Virus record (IMG/VR): IMGVR_UViG_3300049988_000124
Location: 128,001-192,000 of that record
Reading direction: 5' to 3' (one strand)
DNA length: 64,000 bases
Origin: a virus
Taxonomy: Duplodnaviria; Caudoviricetes
Each line of letters starts with the position of its first letter. The first letter of the stretch is position 1. The translations under genes were made by a program, and so were the position numbers. Under the pieces are notes generated by a model. The model did no database searches and was not told where the DNA came from. It was given only the letters and a program-made list of their open reading frames with translations. Positions 21,110 through 29,992 of this stretch are shown here, piece after piece.

Positions 21110-21496
21110 CTAACACTTACCTTGTGGTTCATCTTGTTCAGATACAAGACCATAGCGACTATTGACTCGTTCTAATCCAGATGCACTTACTTTTGATGCA
21201 AAGTAAGCGATCATCCTTCTCATGCGAGACAATAGGTCGTCTTCATCTGCGATATTGTTGGAACTAAATCCCGTTTTGGTACCCTCATCGTCTTCGTCGA
21301 CATTGATGAAGACTTTGTATGTTTTACCGGTATCGGATTCGGTTACATCGCCTTCGAATGACAACGAGTTTCCCGAACCATCTCCTTCGAAAGTTTCCTC
21401 TCGATTAAGTTCTTGTAAAAGGAACCCGAGTTTGATAGAGAGGTGTCTAAAACGTTGTTCACCATCTGGAGTAGTCTGAAAGCTAGTCTTTGTCAC
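21110..21496 (-). CDS. Hypothetical protein
   Basis: GTG start after GAGGAGG RBS inside the upstream gene tail. Confidence 0.6.
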   Translation of the reverse strand: MTKTSFQTTPDGEQRFRHLSIKLGFLLQELNREETFEGDGSGNSLSFEGDVTESDTGKTYKVFINVDEDDEGTKTGFSSNNIADEDDLLSRMRRMIAYFASKVSASGLERVNSRYGLVSEQDEPQGKC

Positions 21497-21498
21497 AT

Positions 21499-21918
21499 CT
21501 ACCTCCTCTGATTAGTTTCGATCATGATGGTTGGAGATGTGGATTCCTTGGTGATCTCTTCGCTCTCACGACTCTCCACCTCAACCGTATCCCAATCTTC
21601 TTTCAACTGACCTATGGTTAGGATAAGTGGAACTGGAGACTCAGGGTTGAACTGACGATGGGTAAAATCATAAGTGAGATCACCGACTCGAACAACGTAG
21701 TGGTTGTAAAAATCTTCATTGAACCATATCTCATGGATATTTGGAAAAGGTTCCCCCATCCAATCCATTAGGTGGATCAGTTCACTTTGGATGCCATATT
21801 TGTCTAAGTGGTCCATGAATTGCAAAGAAACATGGTAACACTCGCCTGCAATGTCGTCAGCATTGAAGTCAGGTGTCCAAGGAAGCTCAAACGCATCAAT
21901 GAGTTGTTGTTCTATCAT
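21499..21918 (-). CDS. Putative papain/transglutaminase-fold enzyme (Cys-His-Asp triad)
   Basis: GECYHVS...NHYVVRVGDLTYDFTHRQF; GGAGGGAG RBS before ATG 21918. Confidence 0.55.
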   Translation of the reverse strand: MIEQQLIDAFELPWTPDFNADDIAGECYHVSLQFMDHLDKYGIQSELIHLMDWMGEPFPNIHEIWFNEDFYNHYVVRVGDLTYDFTHRQFNPESPVPLILTIGQLKEDWDTVEVESRESEEITKESTSPTIMIETNQRR

Positions 21919-22031
21919 TACTCCCTCCGGTTCCAAATATCTCGACCCAACCAATCAAATCCAAAGGCTCTACCTAAGCAGAGCCAGAGGATCGGAAAGA
22001 TCAGTAACCAAATAGGAATAGGATCACCCAT
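21918..22031 (-). CDS. Small hydrophobic peptide (37 aa)
   Basis: Not in track. MGDPIPIWLLIFPILWLCLGRAFGFDWLGRDIWNRRE fills the gap and overlaps both neighbours. Confidence 0.55.
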   Translation of the reverse strand: MGDPIPIWLLIFPILWLCLGRAFGFDWLGRDIWNRRE

Positions 22032-22485
22032 GACGACTTGGCAGCATCTTGAGATCGTAAAGGAAATCATCAGGGATCATGCCATTCTCAAATGAGTGAT
22101 GGTAACCCTTCTGCTCTTTGCGATTAGCCGGAGTGAAGAACTCAATCCCTGTGGCGCAGTAACCAGTGAACGTACCAAGATCCACTCGCTCAATCTTGAA
22201 GCCCGCTTGGACCATCTGATTGATTCGGGTAATCATCTCATTGTAGCGGCGGACCAGGTCGGTCACCTGTGCTGGCGTGAACGCACGCTTTCCCATGTCG
22301 TTCGTGTTCACGAACGTATTAGTGGGCGCTTTGTTACGCACGAACGAGAAGCGACAGATAACACTGTCCTGGTTGCTACCCAGAGGATTCATCGCTTGGA
22401 CAAGCATCTCCTCGAAGATATCAGCAGAGAGAAATCCAATGTGGTCTTCACGCCGGAGATCTAGTTCTTGATTACTGTCCGCCAC
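22024..22485 (-). CDS. Hypothetical protein
   Basis: AAGGAG RBS then GTG 22485; the track start lies inside a terminator. Confidence 0.6.
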   Translation of the reverse strand: MADSNQELDLRREDHIGFLSADIFEEMLVQAMNPLGSNQDSVICRFSFVRNKAPTNTFVNTNDMGKRAFTPAQVTDLVRRYNEMITRINQMVQAGFKIERVDLGTFTGYCATGIEFFTPANRKEQKGYHHSFENGMIPDDFLYDLKMLPSRHG

Positions 22486-22527
22486 GATTATTCTCCTTGA
22501 CTTAAACACTTGGTCAAAAAATAAAGC

Positions 22528-22550
22528 AGGAGGGGGTACCATCCCCTCCT
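22528..22550 (-). terminator. Intrinsic terminator after the 617-aa gene
   Basis: AGGAGGGG-7nt-CCCCTCCT followed by T-rich tract on minus strand. Confidence 0.6.
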
Positions 22551-22572
22551 ACTCTATCAGGTCACTATTTGG

Positions 22573-24426
22573 TTACTGCGTAATCCCCAGGCTGGGTACA
22601 TTCTTGTACGCCATGATCACGGCATTGCCGTTGCGCTGATCATCGATCGTGGTGAACACGTCGACGGCCTGAAGATACTGGTGCGGATCCACGCCGTACT
22701 GGACGGCAAAGATCGTCTGGTCCACCGGAAGGAGTGCACTCTGATACTTACCAAAGCGCTGCATCTCCTTCTCGTTGTACTCCTTAGGATCAGCCATATA
22801 GTTCTTGAACTGATCGGTGGGATGCACCTCAGAGGCGTAGGGCTCAACGGAGATCCGATCAAGACTCGACTGGTTCGGGTCACTGAAGGGAAGACCGCAC
22901 TGGGCCATGTGGAAGATATCAGCAATCGGGGTACTGATGAGCTTGGGCTTCTTATCCAGGCTCGGCAGGATCGTCTTGTTCGTGACGTTGGTGATGACCA
23001 CCCGCCTGCGCGACAGAAGGTAGGTCTTCTCCACCAGGACCTTGTCGTTCAAAGCCTTCATGAACTCCGGTGCATCCGGACTGTCGGTAACAGGGATAGC
23101 GAACTTGTTCGGGTACACGCCATCAATCGAGTAAGGGAAGGCAGGTGACGACTGGATCGCGTGCGTCGGGACCGTCTCACCATCCTCGAACATCACGTCC
23201 ACGCTCTTAACAAGAGCGTTCCAGATCGCATTGGAGACAATCGTCTCCAGTTTGTAGCGACCATCTGGATGATTGGTGAACGAGCTGGTGTACGAGGACG
23301 ACAGCAGTTCATTCAAGTCATCGAAGGTCGTGATCTGAACCGACGTACCAGGCTTGGTCGACAAGCGGAACGCCAGGTAGAGGGCACGGTTGACGTGCTT
23401 GACTAGATAGTTGGTCAGTGCTCGGTAGGAGCCCATCTGCATCGTCTGGAGCTTGTTGATCAAGTGCTTGTGAATCATCCCGTCGGGATCATTCTCCACG
23501 GCCTCGATGCACTTGTCACGAACCTGGATGAAGTCCTTGGTGGGAACATCCAGAACATCCAAGTGATTGTAATTGACGATGTAGAAGAACACCGTTCCCA
23601 GGAGTGAGTTGGGTGCTACGGCGTAGAAGTCACGCAGGACCTGCATCGGATCATCGAGGATTTCCTGATGATAGGAAATTGCTGCCTGTACCGTGAACTG
23701 CTGATCACGCGTCTTGAAGTCGATCCGCTCACCGATCATGATGCGATCGTCCTTGGCACGCTCGCCTGCCCAGCTCTTCTTGGCCGTGACGTTGGAGAAA
23801 GCGACATCTCCGTCCGGCAGTGTGTCCAGAGGATTGGTCACGTACTCAACTGCTGGAGTGAGTGGTGCTACTGGGAGTACCGGACCGCCGTTCGGTGCAT
23901 CAGGAGCAAACACCGACTTACTCGCAGTCGGGGTCGGGGTGAAGTTGGTCTTGGAAGGGAGATCATCACCGAGGTGTGATCCAGCCATGGGACGCTGCGG
24001 CTGACCACCGAAGTTGCCACCCTGCCTGCCGCCTTGTGAGAAGATCGAGCCACCACCGATGCCACCACCGAACATGCCCCCACTACTGTTCATCTGAGGC
24101 TGCATCTGATAGCCGTTGAAGCCACCAAAGGTCGTGTTCTGCGCCATGCGCTGCTTGTACTGGTTGAAGATGTGCTCGACGAACTGTCCCACGACCTGGA
24201 ACAACTGATCCTGATTGATCTGTCCACCGCCATTAGGGTTGACCTGTCGACCATAATTCACGACGTGGTTGAAGAGACCTTGCGCATTTGCCATGGTCTG
24301 CTGGTTGTTGGGCGTGAAGTCCGACATGAACACCCTAGCAAAGTCAGCACCGACGTTAGCGATGTTGGCCTGGAGGATGTTGTGCGCTGCTTGAAGGATG
24401 TTGTTGTAAAAGACGTGATCGAACAT
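22573..24426 (-). CDS. Large hypothetical protein with G/Q/N/F-rich low-complexity region, downstream of nvRNAP beta gene
   Basis: 617 aa; TFGGFNGYQMQPQMNSSGGMFGGGIGGGSIFSQGGRQGGNFGGQPQ. Confidence 0.7.
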   Translation of the reverse strand: MFDHVFYNNILQAAHNILQANIANVGADFARVFMSDFTPNNQQTMANAQGLFNHVVNYGRQVNPNGGGQINQDQLFQVVGQFVEHIFNQYKQRMAQNTTFGGFNGYQMQPQMNSSGGMFGGGIGGGSIFSQGGRQGGNFGGQPQRPMAGSHLGDDLPSKTNFTPTPTASKSVFAPDAPNGGPVLPVAPLTPAVEYVTNPLDTLPDGDVAFSNVTAKKSWAGERAKDDRIMIGERIDFKTRDQQFTVQAAISYHQEILDDPMQVLRDFYAVAPNSLLGTVFFYIVNYNHLDVLDVPTKDFIQVRDKCIEAVENDPDGMIHKHLINKLQTMQMGSYRALTNYLVKHVNRALYLAFRLSTKPGTSVQITTFDDLNELLSSSYTSSFTNHPDGRYKLETIVSNAIWNALVKSVDVMFEDGETVPTHAIQSSPAFPYSIDGVYPNKFAIPVTDSPDAPEFMKALNDKVLVEKTYLLSRRRVVITNVTNKTILPSLDKKPKLISTPIADIFHMAQCGLPFSDPNQSSLDRISVEPYASEVHPTDQFKNYMADPKEYNEKEMQRFGKYQSALLPVDQTIFAVQYGVDPHQYLQAVDVFTTIDDQRNGNAVIMAYKNVPSLGITQ

Positions 24427-24497
24427 GGGGTTTAGTCCTTCAACTATGAATTAAAAGGGTGATGCTACAAGAGCATCACCCTGAATGGATATGGTAG

Positions 24498-26051
24498 TTA
24501 TCGAGGAAGTGCTGCCTTGATCCGGTCAATGTCAGCAGCATAATCTGGATGGGTAATAGCACCGTTACGGTCCGTTGGAACGTACGGGTTCAGATACCCA
24601 GTGCGACCAATCGTCTTACCGACGAAGGCATTGATTGATTCGCCCACCACCATGGAAGGGTGAAGACGCTGCTCAGCGCGACCACCCATGCGGATCTTAC
24701 TGAGACCACCTGCGAGCAAGTAATTGTCGCTGACAATTTCAGGCGGAGCCACGTAATCCTTGTCCTCGTCGGGACGCGCTGAACTACTGTGGCGGAACAT
24801 CATCGAGTTGATGCGCAGCGCTAGCTTTACATCACGCAAGGAGATGTTGGAACGCTTGGCCAGCGGATAAATCTGCTTGGTCATGCGGGTGCCGTAGGAC
24901 TTTACCAACAAGCCGTTGGCGACGTCCATGCGAGAATTGTAGAGATCTTGGACCTGGTTGTTAACCATGAACGAGTCAATCTCGCCGAACACGTAGACGA
25001 GCAGATCGTAGATGTCATCGATCATCACGCCGAACGCCCGCAAGCGGTCACAGGTCATGGGATCGATAAAGGAGTCAACCGAGTTCAGATGCGACTCTGC
25101 GTTACTGTGGGCTTTGGGACCAGCGGGATCGGGGAAGAGAATAACCCCGAGCATGATCTTCCAAATATAGCCATCAACGTACACATTGTCGATATCTTGA
25201 ATACGAAAAGCAGTGAGCGTGTAAAGAAGGTTAACGACGAACTTCTTGATCTGGTCATCACCCAGCATCGTCTTCCTGACGCGCAGGTAGAGACCGGGAC
25301 CCTGCTCGACCTTGTCGTCGTACTTCCTTGCAGCGAAATACTCAAAGGCGTCAGTGTCCTGACCGACCTCGGTGGTGAAGTCGATGTCTTTCTGGTTAAG
25401 ACCGAATTTCAGCAAGGTCTTGGTGAAACCGAACTTGGCCAACATGTAGTGAACAAGCGTGGTCTCGCAAACCTTGTTGGCGATCGCACCGTGGAAGAGC
25501 CTGGAAGTCACCACGAAGTGATCGTAGTAGGCACCAGAATTGTAGGACTGAATCTTGAACACAATCTTGCGATTGAACGTCAAGTTCACGCGGATGGGAG
25601 AGACGGACATGCCGTCTTTGTCTTTCTCACTAACGCGCGAGAAGGTCTGCTCCAGGATGACCTTTCGGATCATGGAGTATTTATCACGGATCATCAGCAT
25701 GTCGTTGAACATGTAGGGCATGTAGAGATGAACCGGTAGGTGGTGTTCACCAAAGCGCACGTTGTAGCGTACCAGACGCATGTGCGTGACGGTAAGTGGG
25801 ACTTTAGCACGTCCCGCAGACTTACTCGAGCCAGACGTTAGCTCGTGGAGGACCGTCTCCTCCGGACTCAGGATAACAGGATCACCCACTAGTTCCAGCT
25901 GATCACCGACGAGCTTGAAGCCCTCTCGGAGAACCATGGCTGGGAAATGGGGTGACTCATCGATGTTCTCCTTAACAAAACCTCGCAAGGCGAAGTCGTT
26001 GAAGGGGGGACATTCATCCGAGACTTCCTTAACCAGATCATCAAAGGTCAT
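24498..26051 (-). CDS. Non-virion RNA polymerase beta-like subunit, N-terminal part (phiKZ gp123-like)
   Basis: 517 aa; PPFN at N-terminus, LYMPY, C-terminal GRTGYLNPYV; matches remembered gp123 features. Confidence 0.75.
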   Translation of the reverse strand: MTFDDLVKEVSDECPPFNDFALRGFVKENIDESPHFPAMVLREGFKLVGDQLELVGDPVILSPEETVLHELTSGSSKSAGRAKVPLTVTHMRLVRYNVRFGEHHLPVHLYMPYMFNDMLMIRDKYSMIRKVILEQTFSRVSEKDKDGMSVSPIRVNLTFNRKIVFKIQSYNSGAYYDHFVVTSRLFHGAIANKVCETTLVHYMLAKFGFTKTLLKFGLNQKDIDFTTEVGQDTDAFEYFAARKYDDKVEQGPGLYLRVRKTMLGDDQIKKFVVNLLYTLTAFRIQDIDNVYVDGYIWKIMLGVILFPDPAGPKAHSNAESHLNSVDSFIDPMTCDRLRAFGVMIDDIYDLLVYVFGEIDSFMVNNQVQDLYNSRMDVANGLLVKSYGTRMTKQIYPLAKRSNISLRDVKLALRINSMMFRHSSSARPDEDKDYVAPPEIVSDNYLLAGGLSKIRMGGRAEQRLHPSMVVGESINAFVGKTIGRTGYLNPYVPTDRNGAITHPDYAADIDRIKAALPR

Positions 26052-26095
26052 GTAGAACCGCTCCTCTTTGCCTGGCTAAGAGGTAGGACCGATTC

Positions 26096-27493
26096 CTACC
26101 CCATGGATATTCGTACGTTGTATTTCTTCAGAAGCGCAAAGAGCGCCAGGAAGCCTCCTGTGATAGCAGTTGCGATACCCCACCCGGACTTCATCATGTC
26201 CGCGACGTACTTATACATGGTGGCTTTGTGGCTCAAGACCATCCCAGTTGCCCTGTGGTCTTGTTCGGTTCGGTCATTCTCCAGCTTGACCGACTCATTA
26301 CTGAGCTTGGCATCCTCATTGTCCAAACTCTTCATCACAAAAGCAGTACTCATGCGGGCATCCTTGTGATCAAGAATCTCCTTGATGGTTTTCTCCCGCT
26401 CGTTGACATCAGCGGTAAGCCGCTTCTTGTCCGCACGAAGCGTGATGTTTTCTTGATCCTTCTCCTGGATCGCAGCTTGTTGCAGATCCAAGGTACGTCT
26501 AAGGGTTGTGATCTCCTCTTTGAGCATGGGGTCACCACTGCGCTCGGCTAGGAACAACTGCTCGTCATGGAAGCGTTCAATCGATTTGCGCTGAAACACA
26601 TAGTCACGGTGTCGCGACTCTGAAGCAAACAGCGCCATGCCGTAGAACTTACCAAACATTGTGTCACGAAGATCAGCATCGAGGACTGTTGCCCCCAATT
26701 TACTAAGCTCCGTGTACGTAAACCGGAATTCGCCCTTGGCTGCCAGATGAAGATTCTCGATGACAAATTCATCAGGACCTAGAGTCGGGTCGAACACCAA
26801 GTTATCATAAGCAAAAGGAACAAAATAATGATCCAATATGGCGATCCGCATTTCCTTCACGACATCTGGGGCTTCGCGGTGATGATAGTCAAAGCCTGTA
26901 CGCACTTGAATTAGGTCTTGACGCTTGATGCAATATTCCACCAGACTCTTGTACTGGTGGTAGATAGCGGTGGGGTCCTGAATGATAAGGGAGGAAGGAA
27001 GGTTAACGATTGCCTCGTCGTGACGGTCAGCAACGTCGCGTGCGATCAGCTCTCGCGTTGCCTCCAGGTTCGACTCGGTCGTCAAGTAACAGTCGAGCTC
27101 GTCGATAAAGACACTGCCCTGGTTGAGCATGGAACCCGGAATCCGGATCTCTGACTTACTCACCTGAACAGGCTTGCCCTTGGTGCCGTAACTGGAAGGA
27201 TTCTCGCTATTGTGGATCTTGATAATCACGTAATTGCGCTGGTCATTGCGCGGACGCGTATTATCTTGAATAAGCGACTTGATCTTGGTGGGCGTCGAGC
27301 GCACGTTGGCACCCAGCATCACCGACTCGGCCATGTAGTTCTGGACCGAGATCTTCAAGTTAAAGCCAGGGTTCTCCATTGAGATAACACGAGGATCACT
27401 CTCGTAATCCTTGGCGGTGGGCTCACTTTGGTAACTGAACCTCGGCACGTCCGAGCTTCGATCAAACCGTTTAAAGTTGATGTTGTCGAACAT
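26096..27493 (-). CDS. Coiled-coil protein with C-terminal hydrophobic segment (gp122-position)
   Basis: 465 aa; heptad-rich stretch EEITTLRR..KTIKEIL; C-terminal GWGIATAITGGFLALFALL. Confidence 0.6.
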   Translation of the reverse strand: MFDNINFKRFDRSSDVPRFSYQSEPTAKDYESDPRVISMENPGFNLKISVQNYMAESVMLGANVRSTPTKIKSLIQDNTRPRNDQRNYVIIKIHNSENPSSYGTKGKPVQVSKSEIRIPGSMLNQGSVFIDELDCYLTTESNLEATRELIARDVADRHDEAIVNLPSSLIIQDPTAIYHQYKSLVEYCIKRQDLIQVRTGFDYHHREAPDVVKEMRIAILDHYFVPFAYDNLVFDPTLGPDEFVIENLHLAAKGEFRFTYTELSKLGATVLDADLRDTMFGKFYGMALFASESRHRDYVFQRKSIERFHDEQLFLAERSGDPMLKEEITTLRRTLDLQQAAIQEKDQENITLRADKKRLTADVNEREKTIKEILDHKDARMSTAFVMKSLDNEDAKLSNESVKLENDRTEQDHRATGMVLSHKATMYKYVADMMKSGWGIATAITGGFLALFALLKKYNVRISMG

Positions 27494-27548
27494 GATAAAA
27501 GAGCTCCTCAGCTTTTATGTTCTGGGTCGAGGAAAAGACCCGACTAAT

Positions 27549-27563
27549 CACTTGAGTAATATA
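27549..27563 (-). promoter_or_regulatory. Early-type promoter TATATTAC-TCAA-GTG
   Basis: Exact phiKZ early consensus TATATTAC about 55 nt upstream of the operon with the nvRNAP subunit. Confidence 0.65.
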
Positions 27564-27580
27564 GCGGTTAACCTTGCTTG

Positions 27581-27614
27581 AGTAAGAGGGAGGGCTGATA
27601 CCCTCCCTCTTACT
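27581..27614 (-). terminator. Hairpin after the 535-aa gene
   Basis: Perfect 14-bp stem AGTAAGAGGGAGGG-CTGATA-CCCTCCCTCTTACT. Confidence 0.7.
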
Positions 27615-27620
27615 GGTTGA

Positions 27621-29228
27621 TTAGATTGTTTTGAGTTTTCCATCAGCACCCACACCCATGGACCGACTCTGGAAATAGTCCGTCATGGTAGAGCTCTGAA
27701 AGACCGCATTGGTGAAACCAGGATTGATCGCGGGAATCAATGCTCCGTTGTAGACCGGATACTGACTCGTTGATACACCCGGTACCGTCATGGCGTCCTT
27801 GGTGGTAGTGCCGAGCTTCGTAAACAACCCATCCACGGTAGTTTTACTACTGGCTGATAGATTGGGGTTGGTGAGAATACTGATGCTCAGATCAGGAGTG
27901 TTGAGCGACTGGGGCGCATCGATCTTGTCAATGACGCTACCTGCGATCCCCACCTGACTACCTACCACGTTACCGAAGATCTGACCAAGGAGCTGCTGGC
28001 CCATCGGTGAGGAGGCACGTGAACAGTTGAGAAGATCCTCAACCAGGTCAACCATACCCTCGAGTGCTGCCAAGAGCAGACCAAGACCAAACAAACTATC
28101 GGCTTGATTGGCGGACATATAGTCCTGATCACGAACTGCGCAACCAAGACTGCGAACCACGTTCAAGATAGCATTAGCAGTGGTGGAATCCACTCCCGAG
28201 TTATTCGTGTTGACAACAGAGCCGTCTTCACGAATAAGGGTGTGGGCTGCATTGGTGACGAAGAATGATGACAGATTGTCTGACCCAGTAGCAGCCGCGA
28301 GCGGTGACACTGTAGCGTTGAACTCTAGTAGATCATTCGACGAGGCTTTCTTGGTCGAGTCCTTGGTGACCTGACCCATGATCTGCTTAACACCGAACTG
28401 TGATCCACGCCTGATTGCTTCATTAACGAGAAAGCCACCGAGGGTTTCCTCGCTCTTTCCAAACAGATCAATAGCAGCGTTTCCAACAACTTGACCAAGC
28501 GCGTTACTGAAAAGACCGGTTAGCTTCTGCTTGGTGAAAACGTTCGCTACTGTTCCAGGTAGATTCTTTAGCTGAGAAATGTCTGACTTGAAACGAGAAG
28601 CGAGAGTGAGAAGGTTGGTGCCCGTCATCTGACGAGATCCACTACCTTGTGTCACCGTACCACTCGTGATCGGTGCAGACCCTGCCTGGATACCCGTTAC
28701 CCGGAACGATGTCGCCACTGGGCGCTTAGGGCTCAGGAGCGTACTGGAGACAGGATCTGAGATCTGGGTAGGGACAGTGGATTCAGAAGAAACATCGCGG
28801 TTCTTGAACACACCAGCGAACCGGTTGCTGATCCCTGAGGCAAGACCGTTTGCAGCTTTGTCAAAAGTTCCGAGGCGAGACTGAAGGGCTGAGCGAAGAG
28901 ACCCAACCAAATTACCAGCAGTTTTATCAAGGCCAGTTAGACCAACCAGCGCCTGGACTGGCGCAGAGCTAGCAACAGAGGCAATCTTACCGGCACTACC
29001 GAGCACCCCTGAGCCGAGCAGCGCAGCACCACCGCCCAGCGCCAGTCCACTGACTAGGTTGCTGGTGTTATTGGCACTGATGGCTTTCTTCAAGGAGGCA
29101 GAAGCACCGGTGTCAATGGTAGTTAGGTTGATGTTCGTACTACCGACGGCTATGTTGGGAGTGCCCCCGATGGGTGCCACTTTGGCGAGGGTTTTGTTAT
29201 TGGTCGAGGAGGGTTGAATGAATGCCAT
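27621..29228 (-). CDS. Ser/Thr/Gly/Ala-rich putative virion protein
   Basis: 535 aa; GGAGGGAG RBS; follows vRNAP subunit in the same unit; glycine-rich hydrophobic stretch. Confidence 0.55.
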   Translation of the reverse strand: MAFIQPSSTNNKTLAKVAPIGGTPNIAVGSTNINLTTIDTGASASLKKAISANNTSNLVSGLALGGGAALLGSGVLGSAGKIASVASSAPVQALVGLTGLDKTAGNLVGSLRSALQSRLGTFDKAANGLASGISNRFAGVFKNRDVSSESTVPTQISDPVSSTLLSPKRPVATSFRVTGIQAGSAPITSGTVTQGSGSRQMTGTNLLTLASRFKSDISQLKNLPGTVANVFTKQKLTGLFSNALGQVVGNAAIDLFGKSEETLGGFLVNEAIRRGSQFGVKQIMGQVTKDSTKKASSNDLLEFNATVSPLAAATGSDNLSSFFVTNAAHTLIREDGSVVNTNNSGVDSTTANAILNVVRSLGCAVRDQDYMSANQADSLFGLGLLLAALEGMVDLVEDLLNCSRASSPMGQQLLGQIFGNVVGSQVGIAGSVIDKIDAPQSLNTPDLSISILTNPNLSASSKTTVDGLFTKLGTTTKDAMTVPGVSTSQYPVYNGALIPAINPGFTNAVFQSSTMTDYFQSRSMGVGADGKLKTI

Positions 29229-29240
29229 GGTTCTCCCTCC

Positions 29241-29906
29241 TTACACGTTAGTATCGAGGTGCATGGCCTGAAGGGTAGTCCTCAGTGTCTGCACTGACTT
29301 CACGCCCTGTGTGCCGAGCATCACGGATGTATCGGAGTCGCCGGTTTCCTCAATCTCAGACTTCATCTGAGCGTAAGCGGTAAGGTCACCCCCTCGCACC
29401 GAGATCATCTCGTGGAGCGTCTTGGTCAAGCCCTTCTCGGCAATCATCTGTGCCTGCGGGAAGGAAATGGCCGAACCCTTATCGGGCTTCACCACCTGAT
29501 CGGTCAAGGGGTTCAGACGCTTATCAGAATCAGGTACCGACAGACCATCCATCAGATACTGCTTCAAGCGGCGAACCGGAAGCTTCAAGACGTAGTATTT
29601 CTCCGGGGTCAGGCAGTAGCGACGACCAATGGGATCCCACAAGCGAAGACGCTCGAGTACCTGGACACCCAGGGCCTTGGCGACCTTGAAGGAAGCCTCC
29701 AGGCTGATCACCACCTTGAAGGGGGGAACCAGGAACTTCAGCTTGGCGTTCTTATTGTCGCGCAGGGTTTCCATGTAGCGATGAAACTCCTGGTCACTCA
29801 TGCCAGCGAAGAAGTCCTCGTACACCTTGCCGTTATACCCAGATGGGTCTTGCATGTTAATCATCTTCAGGATGAACTCCTGAATCTGCTGTCTCTTAGG
29901 GGTCAT
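29241..29906 (-). CDS. Virion RNA polymerase beta-like subunit, C-terminal part (phiKZ gp149-like)
   Basis: LKLPVRRLKQYL, KGSAISFPQAQM, SVRGGD and C-terminal AMHL match gp149; ATG 29906. Confidence 0.85.
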   Translation of the reverse strand: MTPKRQQIQEFILKMINMQDPSGYNGKVYEDFFAGMSDQEFHRYMETLRDNKNAKLKFLVPPFKVVISLEASFKVAKALGVQVLERLRLWDPIGRRYCLTPEKYYVLKLPVRRLKQYLMDGLSVPDSDKRLNPLTDQVVKPDKGSAISFPQAQMIAEKGLTKTLHEMISVRGGDLTAYAQMKSEIEETGDSDTSVMLGTQGVKSVQTLRTTLQAMHLDTNV

Positions 29907-29936
29907 AATGCTGTTTACCAATCGCGATTGGGTTAA

Positions 29937-29942
29937 GTCATA
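29937..29942 (-). promoter_or_regulatory. Late-type promoter motif TATGAC
   Basis: About 31 nt before gp149-like ATG. Confidence 0.55.
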
Positions 29943-29959
29943 AAATCACACGACTGGTA

Positions 29960-29983
29960 GGAGAAGGGCTAATGCCCTCCTCC
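29960..29983 (-). terminator. Hairpin
   Basis: GGAGAAGGGC-TAAT-GCCCTCCTCC just past stop at 29993. Confidence 0.55.
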
Positions 29984-29992
29984 CCAGCTTGT

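Noticed and set aside
22573-24426. 617-aa protein as chimallin (similar size, disordered N-terminus)
   Set aside because: No recognisable ChmA segments; position is after gp123, not after gp52/53
24948-25739. 263-aa plus-strand ORF (also 35497..36282 and 509..1273)
   Set aside because: Shadows of nvRNAP, vRNAP and head genes
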